A stretch of DNA of 64,000 nt from Eledone cirrhosa (Eukaryota): the NCBI GenBank assembly GCA_964016885.1, contig OZ024755.1, positions 22,320,001 through 22,384,000 of the forward strand, read 5' to 3'. Position numbers and translations under genes: made by a program. The notes under the pieces are model-generated. The model did no database searches, was not told the DNA's origin, and saw only the letters and a list, made by a program, of their open reading frames with translations. Shown piece by piece: positions 23,521-38,589 of this stretch (its first letter is position 1; the number at the start of each line of letters is the position of its first letter).

Positions 23521-24734
23521 TATTTATAAATATATATAAAGACCGGGAACACCACAAATGGTACTTGATAAGATGCAGAGTGGATATATTAGTGAAGCAG
23601 AGGAGAGAATGTGAGCTCAGGTGGGTTTGGTTAGTGGCCTCTTTCTAGCCTTTGTCAGCACAGTGCTTTGATCCTCTACCTCACTAATATATATATATTG
23701 GGGATATATATAGCAGGTACCAATCAAATTGCTTAAGGCAGTCACAAAGCACTCAATGGAGCGAGAAGTTGATACATTATCGTCCAGTGTAAATACAAAA
23801 GTTAATAAAGTGTGACACCAAGAAAACGACTGAAGGCAGTGACCATACTTATACCACAACAATGAAACCATGACAAAATGGGATGTCTGAACTAGGCACA
23901 GTCATCTGACCTGTCCAGCCTTTGAACTTGACAATCCATCTAACCCATGCAAGTATGGAAAATACATGTAAAACAGTGTTGATGATGATGATGATGATAT
24001 ATATCCAATGGGTTTCTGTATAGTTTCCCTCTACCAAATTCCTTGATTGAACCAGGAATTAGGTGGTTGAGGAACAAGCCTTATATATATATTATCTATC
24101 CATTGGAGGCTGTGGGAGTGTCAGCACGCATGATCCCTATAGACCCCTCTAGGTGGGTAAGATCAATGTGATTGATATTCAGTTTTAATTTCCACACGTT
24201 GACACTTAGAGAAAACAAAAAAAAAAAAAACAAACAAAAAAATATAAATAAATATTAATAAATAATTTGGCATGGAAGGAATTCCAGATGCTGCAGCTGT
24301 GGGGTAGTATGGTGAGGTAAAGTGTTTTATGCAGGTGCTAGATAACAAGAGGAGAATAATTTGGTATAGTGAGTGAGCTTAGGAAGGAAGCAATATGTAA
24401 CTTATTAATTCAGTTCAGAAGTGGAAAAGTAGAAGGGACAGAGGTGTGTGGGGGTGGATGGGGGTGCAAACAGTACGTTCATAAGCCAATTATTGTAGAG
24501 TGTTGCGGAGTATATTTTTGCCAGTCAGTCTGAGATGTTTGTGTGTGTAGCAGCAGCAATATATCTCAGATATGTGAGCAATACTCTCAACTGGATTGTA
24601 CTAGGGCTTTTTAGAAACTCAAAGTTGAATTATTTACTGCCCTATCAAGTATTTTATATCCAGATTTGGCAATGTTATTTATGTGATAGAGAGAGAGACC
24701 ATTGAAGCTTGTTGGGTCTATTTTAGTTGTCTTG

Positions 24735-24955
24735 GTAACACAACAAAAACGCACAGTCAACCCTGTAAGGTGGTCATGCTGGTGACATGACAAAAAACAC
24801 CCAGTCCATACTGTAACATAGTTGGTATTAGGAAAGCATCCAGCCATAGAAACTAAGCCAAAATGCAGATCTGTATAAGCAAGACATGAGTCACCTGAAA
24901 CAACCCATCTAACCAATACAAGTGTGGAAAATGGACTTTAAATGATGATGATAAT
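24735..24955 (+). mobile_element. RTE-tailed short element
   Basis: Same modules and tail as 8845-9145. Confidence 0.65.
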
Positions 24956-26594
24956 GTTATTGATGATATATAAACTAATGTTGAAGTCCTCTGTTTTTAG
25001 GGTAATGGCAATGGTTTGGTCACATCAGTGTGATCAGAGTGGTTTTCATTCATTGCCACTATGTGTAGGTGGGGGTGAGACAGCTGGAAGAAGAGTTTGG
25101 AGGGAAATTGTGTCTGTGTGTGTCTGTCTGTGTGCTCACATAGCTTGAAGCTGGAAGGAAAAAAGGCAGTAAAGTGGCTTTATGAGCAGTCTGTAGAACC
25201 ATCTTGGTTTAGGAATAATGGTACCAATGTTTAATAAAGAACCAAAAGACCTGAGTGAGATTTGGAAGACAAGAATGTTTACCAGTGCCATATAAATAGA
25301 TACATTATTTACCAGTCCCATATAAATATATTTACCAGTGCCATATAAATACACTATTTACCATATATTTGACATATAAATAATTACATTCTTAGAAGGG
25401 GATTCCCTTTACTTAATGTTAAAAAAACTTCTAATCTTGTTTTAAATTTAGATTTGTTTAGTTTGGGTGTGAGTATATCTGTGTGTGATATGTATGTGTA
25501 TATGATTGTGTGTGTATATATATACATCACATTAATAATAATAATAATAATAAAAAAAATAGTGTTTTTCTTCAGATTAAAAATGAGACCTTCTTTCTAA
25601 ACAATAGCAAATGAAACCTTGAAATACATTACTGACTTCAGTTGCTACCTTACATGAAATAATGCAACTATATCTGTTTTTTACAACTAAGTTCCTTTTA
25701 TATAAATATATATCTAGCCTTTATACAATTTATTATAGAAAATATTTTGTGGGTTGATGCTGAGGGAGTGATAGACACAGAGTAAGAATAATTGTCTAGG
25801 ATTGTTGAAGAGTTGTGGGGGGTTTTTGTGCGTTTTTTCTTCACAAGAGATACAGCGGAAGTAATATTTGTAATAGAAATATTATTGCCGAGGGGAATAA
25901 ATTAGCAAAATAATGTTTTCAAAAACTGTTTGGCTGTTTCTTGAGGATAACAGTATCGGTGTTTCGGAAAACAGATAGGTTTTTAATCAGAAGCCATAGT
26001 TTGCTGGCTTTACTTGATTCATTGCATGTAGGTTGTAAATGAAAATCTGTGCATATTTCTTTTCCTTGGATATACTTACTTTAAGAAAAACTAGCTTTTT
26101 TCATTTATCTCATTTCTGCTTACAATTTCGGCATAACCTTGACTTTCTCTTTAACAATCAGGGGCTAACACTATAGAAAGTAGCTTGCAAGTGAAGCCAG
26201 ATGCCTAAGTCATTTTGGATGAATTTAAGAATTATATTTTCTGCCATGTAATGTATTACTATTTCTCTTGGAAAAAAGGAAAAAAAAACTGGTTAAATTA
26301 ACTGCCACTCAGCTGTTGTTCTTGATACAACATACAACCATTATCAATAAAACCTTTTTCTGAAAAGAAGGAAAAAAATTATCTGTATCATATAATTGTT
26401 TATTTGTTTTTTGATATATTAATTTATCATCATGATCATAATAATTTTTGTCCATTTTCCCTTTCTAGCATGGGCCTTACACAACTCCTCTTTAACACAG
26501 ATTCCTTTTTTTTTTTGTCTCTTTCATTTGTCATCTCCTTTGTGAGATTCTCTGTCACTTCTGCCAAAGTCTTCTTTTTTTACTTTCCTCTCAT

Positions 26595-26865
26595 CATCAT
26601 CACTGTTTAACGTCTATTTTTCCACACTACCATGGGTTAGACAAGTTTTCTCATTCTGAGACAAGTCAGATCAGGTGACGATGTCTTGCTCATACAGTAT
26701 TTGTTAAGGCACTTTATATTCTAAGTTCAAATCTCACTGAGGTCAACTTTACCTTTCATCCTTCCGGGGTCAGTAAAATAAAGTACCAGTCAAGTACTAG
26801 GGTGGATTTAATCAACTTTGCTCTTCCTCTAAATTAGTTACCCTTGTACTTATACTAGAAATCAA
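26595..26865. mobile_element. RTE-tailed element (-) abutting a diverged SINE A (+)
   Basis: CATCATCACTGTTTAACGTCTATTTTTCC..CATGGGTTAGAC followed by AAGTTCAAATCTCACTGAGGTCAACTTTACCTTTCATCC. Confidence 0.65.
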
Positions 26866-27959
26866 TATTCTAATAGATTTGTAACATGGACTCAATGCCA
26901 TTAATATGTGTTATGGATATAGTTGAGCTGATTGATAGTTCAGTTTATATCTTTTAATTTATTTATGTTGAAGGATTTAACCTCAGAACCTAACAGAATT
27001 GAACTAATGATTGAACTAAGGCAACTTGTCTGACACTGTGTTGCTTATCTCATTCCATGGCTTTCATATACAAGTGTGTGTGTGCTCCTGCAACTCACTT
27101 AAGAGACCAGTATTCCAAATATGAACTCTAGCTTTCATCTTGTGTTAGTATTTGATGGATGAGAGCAAATTTGATATTGTTGTCCTTAAACGTGTCTCTT
27201 GATATTATATTTTGGTTGTTCCTTTTATTCAACTTTCTGAGGACCTTCTCCTCAGCCAAGGATACCCAGGAAAAATATTTCAGATGGTTAAAATAAAGAT
27301 TTATCAATGTTTTTTTAGGAAAATTATTGGGAAAATATCAGGGTCTAAAAATGTTAGACATTATATCTTTTGTATCGTGGTAGTTGATGTTTCACATCTG
27401 TTCATTATATGCGTGTGTACCTGAAGGGAGGGTGAAATTGTTCAGCCAGTCTTTCAACTACCTTTTGGCTAAGGAATATTTAGTTAACTTGTTTCTAGAG
27501 TAAGTGATCTCATGTTTTCAAATAAGCTGTTTTATTTGAAAATCTATAGAATCATTACATGTGTTGATTTTTTTAATGTTTTCTACAACCCTGCTTTCTT
27601 CAGTGCTCTCTCTCTCTCTCTCTCTCTCGCTATCTCTCTCTCTCTCTCACTTTCTCTCTCTCTTGCTCTCTCTCTCTCTCGCTATCTCTCTCTCGCTATC
27701 TCTCTTTCTCTCTCTCTCATATTCTTAAGTGTTTATCTATTTATGTAATTCGAAACCTTTGTTTTTTATCTCATGAGACTTTAATGTCATAAGAAATGAT
27801 ATACTTGTAAATATTAGCCTTCTACTTTCCTACATATTTAATGTATTTATATATTGATTGTTGACATAAACTGTTTCATGTCATTGTTTTTTCCATACAG
27901 AGAATTTTTGGCTTGTACAGCTGCTAAATCTCCTGTTGCATTGATTTCCAGTGAACTTT

Positions 27960-28320
27960 ATAGAGTTACAAGTTGGATGAAATGAGTGTTTCTCCTGAAA
28001 TACTCAGCTAAGGGTTATTATAGAGATCCAGATTGGGCGAAATGAGTGTTTCTCCTGAAATACTCAGCTAAGGGTTATTATAGAGATCCAGATTGGGCGA
28101 AATGAGTGTTTCTCCTGAAATACTCAGCTAAGGGTTATTATAGAGATCCAGGTTGGATGAAATGAGTGTTTCTCCTGAAATACTCAGCTAAGGGTTATTA
28201 TAGAGATCCAGATTGGATGAAATGAGAACTTCTTCTGAAATGTTCAGTTAAGAGCTATTATAGAGATTAGGGCTGGATGAAATAAGTATTTCTCCTGAAA
28301 TGGTCATCTAGGTGTTATTT
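27960..28320. repeat. 60-bp minisatellite (about 6 copies), each unit with an internal hairpin
   Basis: Unit TAGAGATCCAGATTGGGCGAAATGAGTGTTTCTCCTGAAATACTCAGCTAAGGGTTATTA, exact period 60. Confidence 0.95.
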
Positions 28321-30589
28321 ATTTCATACAATTTTCTCATTGTGTGAGTGAGTGCTGAGTGCCTTTCCTTCTGTGGATCACTTTATAGAATGTAGTACTG
28401 GGTGCATTTTATCAGGACACCAGCACTACCACCAGCAATACATATATATATATACACACATACACGGGCTATCCAAGCCTTGCTAGCAGGAAAAGTGGAC
28501 ATTAAATGATGATGATGATGATATATGTGTCTGTATATGTGTGTGTAAATATTTACACTTCTAGGATAAATTATGGTGAAGTGAATCCCGGTATTAAATA
28601 TTTGCATTAGAAATAAAGCTTCTGAGTTGCCTGTAGTTACCTATAGGTACCCATAGTTATCCATAAGTACCCTAGTAATCAACACTGTCCTTACATACCA
28701 TAAAGCCTGTCTTTCATATGAAATAATCTTAAGTATTGTTATTGTTGTGTATATAGTAGGAAAGAGAAGTTGTATGAATAATCAGTTTTGTCAATGGTAA
28801 GGAAAATATTCATTAGAAATTCAGTCACATCTTTCAAAAACTTGGGTTAATCTATGAAGAAGACGGAAGGAATTGATTGACAAGATCCCATACCTCATTC
28901 ACTTACTAATGAGGTGAAGCTTGTCAAAGCAGACCAAGGAAACAATGTTTCCATTGGTTTTACCATTGCTGATACTATCTACCAGTCACAACGCCTGGCA
29001 GATAATCAATAAACTCTTATAAATCAATATACTTGAGACAAAAATTGACTGTTTGTTTAAGGTGCTGAATCTTACAACAGCCATTATGTTGTGATCCTGA
29101 ACCAAATTCACTTTTCATTCCTCCATTTTACCTCATTGACAAAAAAAAAAAAAAAAAAAAAAATGCACAAGTTTCACTTTTATTTCACAGTTGAGTGATT
29201 AATATCAGGAAGAATATTCAGCTGTAAAAACAAACAAAAAATAAGGCATCTTAACCATGTAAACATGAAAAAATAGATGTAAAATTATACAAAGGGGAGG
29301 AGGATATATCAAATTCTTTAATCAATGTGTAGTACGGTGTGTTTGTGTGTATGTGTGTGTGTGTGTGGAAGGGATGTTGTTGTTTATCCTCAAGTTTTCT
29401 CTGATCCAGCAGATCAATGATCTAAAATATTCCACCGATGATAGTCCCATCTTTTTATATATTTTAGATCTACCATATCCTTCCTTTTTTTTCAAGATGG
29501 TATGATGTGATTTGAGGTAGATTTGGCTGCTGTTTCTTGCAGATGAAGTGACCATATAGAGGCTTACTCTGTGGTCATAATATTGATAATATATGTTGAA
29601 AAGAATTCTTTCTTGCAAAGAATTCTGATTTTTACCATTTTCAACTTTCATATTGGAAGATAGGTGCATCTGTTGTTTGTTCTCATTGTTTTAATTGCAG
29701 TGGTTGTGCAGCAGTACTGTTGAAATGCCTGACAGCTGCGTTCCTCTGCTTATTTCAATACATATATTTGACAGCTGCTAAGTAAAATGCTACTGTCCAA
29801 CATATGTTGAAATAATGTGAAAACAAAACTCTGGTCTTTTGTTGTCTTCATGTTATTCAACTACAATTAAATCTCTCTCTCCCTTATCTCTCCCACTTTC
29901 TCCCTTATCTATGTTTCTTTTTTTTTTTTGCTTTGTTTCCTGCTGTTTCCTAGAGGAGTGTGTGTGTGTATGAATATGTGAGTGTATGTGTATGTGTGGT
30001 TCTATGATTATTTCATTCAGATTCCATTCTCTGTAGTAAATATGTATTTCTACTAGTTTATATCTCTCAACACTTTCTTTATATTCTATATCTATTTCTT
30101 TCACCTGCTTTTCCCTCCCACTTTCCTTAATACCCTCTCTCTCCCTCTCTCTCCGTCTTTCTCATCTAACCCCCCCCCCCCCCCTCAATCCATCTATCTA
30201 TTTCTCTATCATTTGCTCTCTCTATCTCTCTCTGGACTTTTTCTACTCTCTACTTTCTATAATTTTTCCTGCTTTTCTTTTACTCTACATTTTTTTCTAT
30301 CTTCTTCAGAATGTATTTTTATTGTCGTTTCTTTATATATAAAATCCTTCAGCTTACATTTTATGTTCTAATCTTCTCTTTCGTTTCCTCTTCTTTCAAG
30401 AGAAAGAAATTAAGATAAATAAATATTTTTGTGAGTTTTTGAAACAGAGCTATTCGATAGATTTATATATGGATGTGATGCACTCATAAAAAAAAAAATC
30501 TTTGATAATTTCAGAGTAAACAAGTTTTCTTTAAATAAATGGTAGATTATATTTTTAAGAATCATTCCTTTGCACTATTCTATGACCTT

Positions 30590-30965
30590 TTGTTATAAGG
30601 ACAAAAGTGTGATGCTCTAAAACTGTTGGATCAAGTTATAAAACTAACACAAAGAATAATAATAGCACAACTGATTAGGAAGAGAATTAGCTTCAATGAT
30701 ATACAGTTTGGGTTTAGACTACACTGGGATATTACTGGTACCAGTGAGACAACTGTGGAAGTGCTTAACTAAGAGCTAGCATTTGTCAATCTGGAACAGG
30801 CTTTGACAGAGTACCAGAGTACCACACTTTTTAGTCTGATGGTTGCTAAGAGAACTTGGTATAGGTGAATGAATGACTTGTGAGGGCTGTGAAAGACATT
30901 TGTGGAGATACTATCAGTTAGATAAGAGTTAGCAATTGTTTCAGTGAGGAATTTAGTATATACAG
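30590..30965 (+). pseudogene. Highly decayed RTE RT fragment
   Basis: Collinear with the reverse complement of 57120-57520 (KLLDQV, IAQLIR, QFGF, AFV.LE.AFDRVP and RELGIGEW remnants). Confidence 0.75.
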
Positions 30966-31669
30966 GTCCAGACTTTTACCTACTGAGGCCCTAAGCTGCT
31001 ATATGAAATATATTTACCTATTTACTCAGTGTCCCTACTGCAGTTTCATTGACTAAAACTCAGTATGAGCAGTGAAAATCTCAAATCATCAGGGAACATT
31101 TTCAAACAAGAAAGACATTTTTTTATGATTTAGCATTAAAGAATAAAAACCAATGATAAAATAAACATATATTTAAAAAAATTAGGTCTCCCCGATAGTG
31201 TGACCCAAAGCTATAGATTATTTAACTTGTAGGTAAGTCCTGCACTGAGAATACAGATAATTAGATGTTTATTATAGTACTCCAGACCATTACAAGAGAA
31301 TTTAACACTGGCTGTTCTGCATGTCGGTGATCTAGTTCTGAAATTGAATCTAAGATTTAGAGAAGAAATTCCAAACATAAAAGCAAAGCTTAGAACCAAG
31401 AGGCCTCAATGTAAACCTATCAAAGAAATAAGTTTTAGTTAGCAGGAAAGAAGACATGACTGTTGTTATCTAGTGACTATGCTTGATGTGAAGAAAAGGA
31501 GAGTGAGTAGAATTTCATATGGTGTACTCAGTGTAAATTATAGGTACACAAGTGGTGTAATGGGATCACAAGCAGGCTGAGAGAAAACAAAGAATTAATA
31601 AACAGCAGATGCACAAACACAGTTAGCAGTAAGAGCACTTATGAAATAAATTATTTCAGTTGTTCAGGA

Positions 31670-32075
31670 GTCACTTGGAAGTAGTCAATAGTTTCCGTTA
31701 AGCTTTGGTGACCTTATTAGCAGTGGAGGTGAATGCTTCAAAAGTATACTAGCTAAAGTAAGAACAGGTTAGACAAAGTTCAGGGAGCTATTACCTGTGA
31801 GGATGTGTAAAGGTTGCTATAAATGAGACATGCATGCTGCCCTGAATATATATACTAGGATATATAATATGATGGGGCCAAGCAATCTAAATGGAAAGAA
31901 TCTGTGAAAGAAGACCAAAGAAGATATGAGAAGTTGTGAAGGCTGATTTCAGGGAGTTGAACCTCATGAAGATGACAAAAGATCTTGACAAGTGGTGAAA
32001 CACTGTGCTGGAGAAGACATGTCCAACCCATGCTAACATGGGTAAAGAGAATGTAAAAATGATAAGGATGAGAAT
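31670..32075 (+). pseudogene. Decayed RTE C-terminus and 3' tail
   Basis: LEVVNSFR, KFRELLP and RPKKI..VVKADFRELNL remnants; tail CCAACCCATGCTAACATGGG..AATGATAAGGATGAG. Confidence 0.75.
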
Positions 32076-33603
32076 GTTAATAGTAGTGGTGGTAGTAGTA
32101 GTAGTGGTAGTGACGGTTGTGTGGTAATGGTAGTGGCAGTGGTCGTGGTGGCATAATAATGGTGGTGGTCGTGTGGTAATGGCAGTGGTGAGGGTGGTGA
32201 TGGTATAGGAGCAGTGGTCTGGTAGTTGTGGGGGTGGTAGTGGTGGTGGCAATAACAACTATGATGATCTATCTAATTTTGAAAAGAATATATTTATTAT
32301 TTATTTATTAGTTGTTGTCATCCAGATTCCTGTGTTGTATTAATTTTGGGACAGCTTCTGTGTAACTAAGTACATCTTTGTACTTAAATTCTATTGACAA
32401 AGCAAACCAACTTCTAATGTTGTCCTATTCTAATGAGTGCCAAACAACAATGAGCCGTATTGTTGGCAATTTCTATTAGATCTGCTTGTTATCACACACT
32501 ATTCCAAGCTATTGTTGCTAGATATACAGTTCCTCAGACTCTTTCTCACCAATACAATTCAACAGAGGATTCACTGGGCTTAAATCTATATATAATGTTA
32601 TCTTAACCAAATTTACACGATAAATAATATTGAAAAATCGAAAAATTGAAAAATAAATAAATAGAATCTGTTAAATACCCCTGGTTTATTTATTTAATTT
32701 TTCCATCCATTCTATTTCATTTTATTTTTTTATTATTATTTTATTATTATTTTTTATTTAAAATTTTTTTTATTTAAAATTTTTTTTTATTTTTACAAAA
32801 TTAAATTGGTGAGATCAAATGACAATATTTGAAGAGATCCCCATTCACCCACCATTTGTCTTAATTGAAAGTTCATGACTAGAACAGAAATGAGTGTGTT
32901 TAATTCTGTTTGCTTGCTACATGTGAAATATTGAATTTTTCTATTTACTCTATCTAGTTGTTGAAAGGAAAATGGTTCTAAATGTAATTTTATAAATATA
33001 TATTAAAAGATAGCACTCACATTTGTATTTAGATATCAATCTTAGTTTTTGTTTCTTTCTTCGTGGATTTAAATGAATGTTAATCCAAATTAGATTTAAT
33101 AGACCAGAAATTTAAATAAAATTCGTCAAGTGTTTTAGCAGAATCTTAGTTACTAGGCAGCAGTGTTAATTAATCATATGCATGAATTGTTTTCTAAGGA
33201 CACTAATAAGGATAACTCGGAATATAACGTTGAGATGGTTATTTTGTCTTCATGAATCTTGAAATTTTGAAGCAGATGATGACTGGTTCAAAGCTTTTGT
33301 TGAATCCAGTGGTGCTCACTAAATGAAAGCCCTTCTGAAAGAAAGAAAAAAATAACTATCTGACATACTCTCAGCATAAATGGGAAATGATAATGGCAGC
33401 TGCATTTTGATTGAAAATGCTATTTTCTTCAATCAAAAGTTCTTAAAGAATGATCAATAGGTCTCCTTCTGTTATATGGCATCTCTCGCTCCCTCTTTCT
33501 TTCTCCCCTCTCTCTCTCTCTTACTTCCTTCTCTCCATCTCCCACTTTCTCACATCTCTCTCCCTTTCATAGAATTTAGAAGTGATATATATATATATAT
33601 GTG

Positions 33604-33643
<40 letters not shown>

Positions 33644-33839
33644 ATTAAACTATTATATGAAATTAATTGATTTGGGGACTATCAAACTATCAATGAAAGC
33701 CATATCAAATAATAGATTTTAAGAAAATACTGAATAACTTCTCCATTCTTGTATAACCCATAACATTTTATAATCAACATAATATAATATATATATCTGT
33801 GCATGTGTGTGTATATATATGTGTATGTGTGTGTGTGTG

Positions 33840-33876
<37 letters not shown>

Positions 33877-34399
33877 AAATATTTATATATATGTGTGTGT
33901 GTGTGTGTGTATGTATATATATATATATGTGTGTGTGCGTGTGTGTGTATGTATGTTGAACTTACCAGGTTACTTATTCTATCTAAACTGTCACATAAAT
34001 GGAACTTTCATATTTTCAAAACACAATGCACATAATACATTTTTAACCCACTATTCTTCTCTGTGTATGTATAGGTATGTATGTATGTGTGTGTGTGTGT
34101 GTTTGCGTGTGTGTATTATCTATCTGTCTGTGTTTGCATATGTTTGCTTGTCTATCTTTCACAAAATACTGCTGTACTGATATTATCTTAATTATTTTTT
34201 CTTCCATTTATCCCTTGTATTTATTATTATTATTATTTTTTTTTTTTTTACCCTATCCTATTCAACTGATATCATAGAAATGATAAACGTTCCATTGCTA
34301 TAAACTGGGTTACAGGGTTACCACCAAAGGCTTTGTCTTCATGTGGCATATCAAATATAACCCAGTATGTCAGAGCACAAGTCCTCTACAGGCTAGTCG

Positions 34400-34595
34400 G
34401 CCATCATCATCACCATTGTCATTTAACATCCATTTTACACACTTGCATGGGTTAGACGTGTCATTGCATTATGAGACAAGTTGGATCAGAAGACTGCGTC
34501 CTGCTCATACAGACCTTTATTTTGGTTTGGTTTCTATGGCTGGATGCCCTTTCTAACACCAACCATGTTACAGTGTGGACTGGATGTTCTCATCA
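34400..34595 (-). mobile_element. RTE-tailed short element
   Basis: CATCATCATCACC..TAACATCCATTTT..CATGGGTTAGAC..GGCTGGATGCCCTTTCTAACACCAACC. Confidence 0.7.
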
Positions 34596-34759
34596 GTTTT
34601 AAATGTAAGTGAAGTGAAATCGTTCAGTTGGGATTCAAACTTAGAACATAGACCCAGCTTCTCAAATGCTAATCACTGTTTTATAGAATTAATTACATGA
34701 CCTTTCACAATCAGGGATATATTTCAGTGAGGGATCAACATGGTTGATTTCAGGGACAT

Positions 34760-35020
34760 GGGAAATTGTGAGGGGTTAATGGAACGCAGGAAAGTGGAGT
34801 AGGGTTAAGATATTATGAGGGGATAATGGACCAACCCAGGAGAGTAGGGTAAAGAGGCTTAATGGACCGACCCAAGAAAGTTGGGTAAAGAGGCTTAATG
34901 GACCGACCCAGGAAAGTGGAGTAAAGAGGGTAATGGACCGACCCAGGAGAGTGGAGTAAAGATATTGTGAGAGAGTAATGGACTAGTCCAGAAGAGTGGG
35001 GTAAAGATATTGTGAAGGGA
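34760..35020. repeat. 36-bp degenerate minisatellite
   Basis: GTAAAGAGGCTTAATGGACCGACCCAGGAAAGTGGA at 34849, 34885 and 34921. Confidence 0.8.
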
Positions 35021-35627
35021 TCTGTAAACATACTTTGTAGTATTTGTATCAGCTCTTTGCATTCTGAATTCAATTCCCACTTTAGCCTATTTAGATGGTA
35101 GATTTAATGTTACTCAGTTTAACATCAGCACTGATGTGATGGGACAGTCATGGCTGGAATGCCTTTGTTTATTGGTCTTCTTCATCAAGGCCTAATTGTA
35201 GATAAACAACAACAACAACAACTTCTGTATCTAACTTTCAAATCAAATTGCAATGCATATACCGTGTCACTTAATATAGTCATAAAGAAATTCTTATTTT
35301 CTCATATTATAGAAAAAGCAAAACAATCATCATCATAATCATACGTCCATTTTCCCTGCTAACAAGCTGTATATGAATATAGAATAATAATTCCAACTCA
35401 AATTCAAATCCCTCTACTCTGTATCAAATTCATGATTCATAATTAAAAATAGATATCTTTACAAAACATTTTTGTTTGTTTACTCTATTTTAAAATCTGC
35501 TGCACATTAAACCATTTTTCTTGGGAGAATCAGAGAATCATAAGCCTTATTGCTTTCCAGATCATGTAGACATGTTCATGTAAGCTTCCATTTCAAAGTT
35601 GTAATGAATTAATTGAATACATGCAGT

Positions 35628-35965
35628 GCATCATCATCATTACCGTTTAACATCCATGTTTCCACACTGGCATGGGTTAGACGAGTTATCCTGTTGTGAG
35701 GAGCAATGTCAGGTCTGGTGACCATGTCTTGCTCATACAGAACCGATTTTGGCTTGGTTTCTACAGCTGGATGCTCTTCTTAGCGCCAACCTCATTTACA
35801 GTGAGTACTGGGTCCTTTTTTGTCGTTAAGCCAAATCGACCCCCTTACAGGGTGGACTGGGTGCTTTTTGTTGTGATACCTACATCACCACTTTACAGTG
35901 TGGACTGGGTGCTTTTTGCTGTGACACCTACATGACTACTTTACAGTGTGGACTGAGTGCCTTTT
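35628..35965 (-). mobile_element. RTE-tailed short element
   Basis: Same tail; repeated TTACAGTGTGGACTGGGTGCTTTTTG modules. Confidence 0.7.
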
Positions 35966-35966
35966 A

Positions 35967-36007
<41 letters not shown>

Positions 36008-36016
36008 GTGTGTGTG

Positions 36017-36067
<51 letters not shown>

Positions 36068-36468
36068 TTATGTGTGTGTATATATATATATATATTTATG
36101 TGTGTGTATATATATATATATATGAGTGTGTGTGTGTATCTGTATGTGGTTGATGCCTGAGAGAAAGGAGTACTCAATACCGAAGTAGAGTTTTAATATT
36201 CATTTTAGTAACAGACCTTGTCCCTGTACAACTCTTTACATGGAGAGAAAATAACTTAAATAATTGTTTCTACTTTTGGCACAAGGCCAGCAATTACTCA
36301 GTGCATTACTGGTACAATGATGTGATGATGATGTACACATGCATATACATACTCATAGACACACACACACATATATATATATAACACATAATACAATAAT
36401 ATATATGATATATATATATATAAAATACACACATACACACACACTTATGTGTGTAAATACATATCATT

Positions 36469-36656
36469 GTGGATTGGCAGTATCAGTAGAGGGTCGGACG
36501 CCATGCTTTGACGTATAGAGTTACGGCCCTTGCCATTCTGAGTTCAAATCCCGCCGAGGTTAATTTTGCCTTTCATCCTTACGGGGTCGATAAAATAAAG
36601 TACCAGTAATGCACTGGATAATTTGCTGGCCTTGTGCCAAAAGTAGAAACAATTAT
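36469..36656 (+). mobile_element. SINE family A
   Basis: Near-consensus A-box, B-box and tail. Confidence 0.9.
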
Positions 36657-36757
36657 TGTATTATTATTATTAGCCCTTGTGGCTAATAAATGAAATCATT
36701 ATTATTATTATTATTATTTTGTCCCCTACATGTCGACCCTTGTGGCTAATAAATGAA

Positions 36758-36796
<39 letters not shown>

Positions 36797-38589
36797 CCTT
36801 ATTATTAGGATGTTATTTATTATAAAATAACCAATACAGTTTAGAAAAGATTCTTCTATATTCTGACATTGCTGCTACTGCTGAAGTTAATGGCTGTACA
36901 TGTAGTGACTTGGAAAGTAAGCTATTTGTTGTGAGGCATGTGACTTTCTTCACTGATATGCATTCCAGGTCACTTCTTTTTGACCCTCTTAACTCTTTGA
37001 CACCCTCCAATCTTTCCTGGAATTTTTGGATCACACTCTTTTACCAATATAGTTTATCTAACTTGCCATATCATCTGGGGAAGTCTGGATCACCTCTTTT
37101 CTGACTCATTTTATCTTATTTCCCTTTTACTATATCTTCTCTGATTAGAATGAACAAAATATGAACAACGAAGCTATCTTTCAGTTAGCTCACACAACCC
37201 TAGTGTATAAACCCCCTTGCTTAACAAAAAAATCTAAATTGTCATTTTATAACTCACCAACTTAGTTTGGCTAATTTATTTACTATCTATCTTTTTTTAT
37301 GTGAAACCCGCTGTCATGTCTTGTAATGTCCCATTTCTTGTACGTCCTTGTGGCAAATAAAGGAAGATATCTATCTTTATTGTTTATAAGTTTCTTCTCT
37401 CCAAACTTATTTTCACATTACCCTGCCTTAGTCATCAATAAAGGAATCATTATTTATGCGTTTTTACCAAATCTAAATTTTTACAATGATGCTTATTTAA
37501 TTTTACATGATAAAATATCCCCCCAACTTCCTCTTCATTCAATTTTTACAAATCATATTGTTCTATATGAGCAAAACACAGTCATCCGACTTGACTTGTC
37601 TCACAATGGGACAGCTTCTCTAACCCATGCTAGTGTGGAAAATGGATGTTAAATGATGATGATGAATTATTATATCTAACATGCTAGTAAATGATATTTT
37701 CTTTTCATGTTTCTATTTTATTTTCAGTTATGTTGTTTAGTTCCTTTTAGCCACCATGGCTAAGACCATGCTGTAGCATTGCCCTTATGTTATATATTTT
37801 CCTGATGCAGGCACTGTTGAGGTTATACATTTTTGTTGGCTTTGATGAATAACACTGTGTTGATTATTTATCATGAGAAAGCCTGCCTCTAATCAATAAT
37901 GTATGAAGAATAAGGTCTGCCATTAAATTTGAATGTCCTACATAGATAGATAGTTGCATTTCATTCTGGCAGAGAATTAACGTTACTCATCACTTCAAAT
38001 TCTGATAGCTAGTGGCATTTCACCATAAGAGATTTCTTATTTTTGGTTTTGTCTTTATATTCTTATCACCATAAATTAGTAACACTGCCATTAACATTTT
38101 ATATTCAATTTCTTCTTGCAGTGTACAACTGTTAGATGTATGAGCAGAAAGGATGAGCTGATATATATGTGTGTCTGATATCGAATTTGTCTAGCAATAG
38201 ATGGCTGTGTTAAAGCTATAGAATTGTTGCTTCACTCTTTAATGTCCCTGCTTGTTGATTCACTATCCTCGAAGGGCTAGAGGGAGTGGGGGAGAGGGGG
38301 GGGATGTATTACCTTCTGAGTCATGAATATGATGAGTGGAATGTTCCTAAAAGTTCAGCATGACCTATTCTGTTTGAACGGAATTCTGAAAAATTTGTCT
38401 GATATATTTTCCATCATTTCTTAACCCCTTACCTACCAGCTGAATGTAATTCGAACATAATTAGGATTACAATTGCACGAGTCAAGTATATTTGATATTC
38501 AATAAAGATTAAGTATAATAAAGGCAGTTAGGAAATTGTGTAAATTGATCTTCAGAGAGAATATGTTCAAGATGGAAAATATTTTAACA

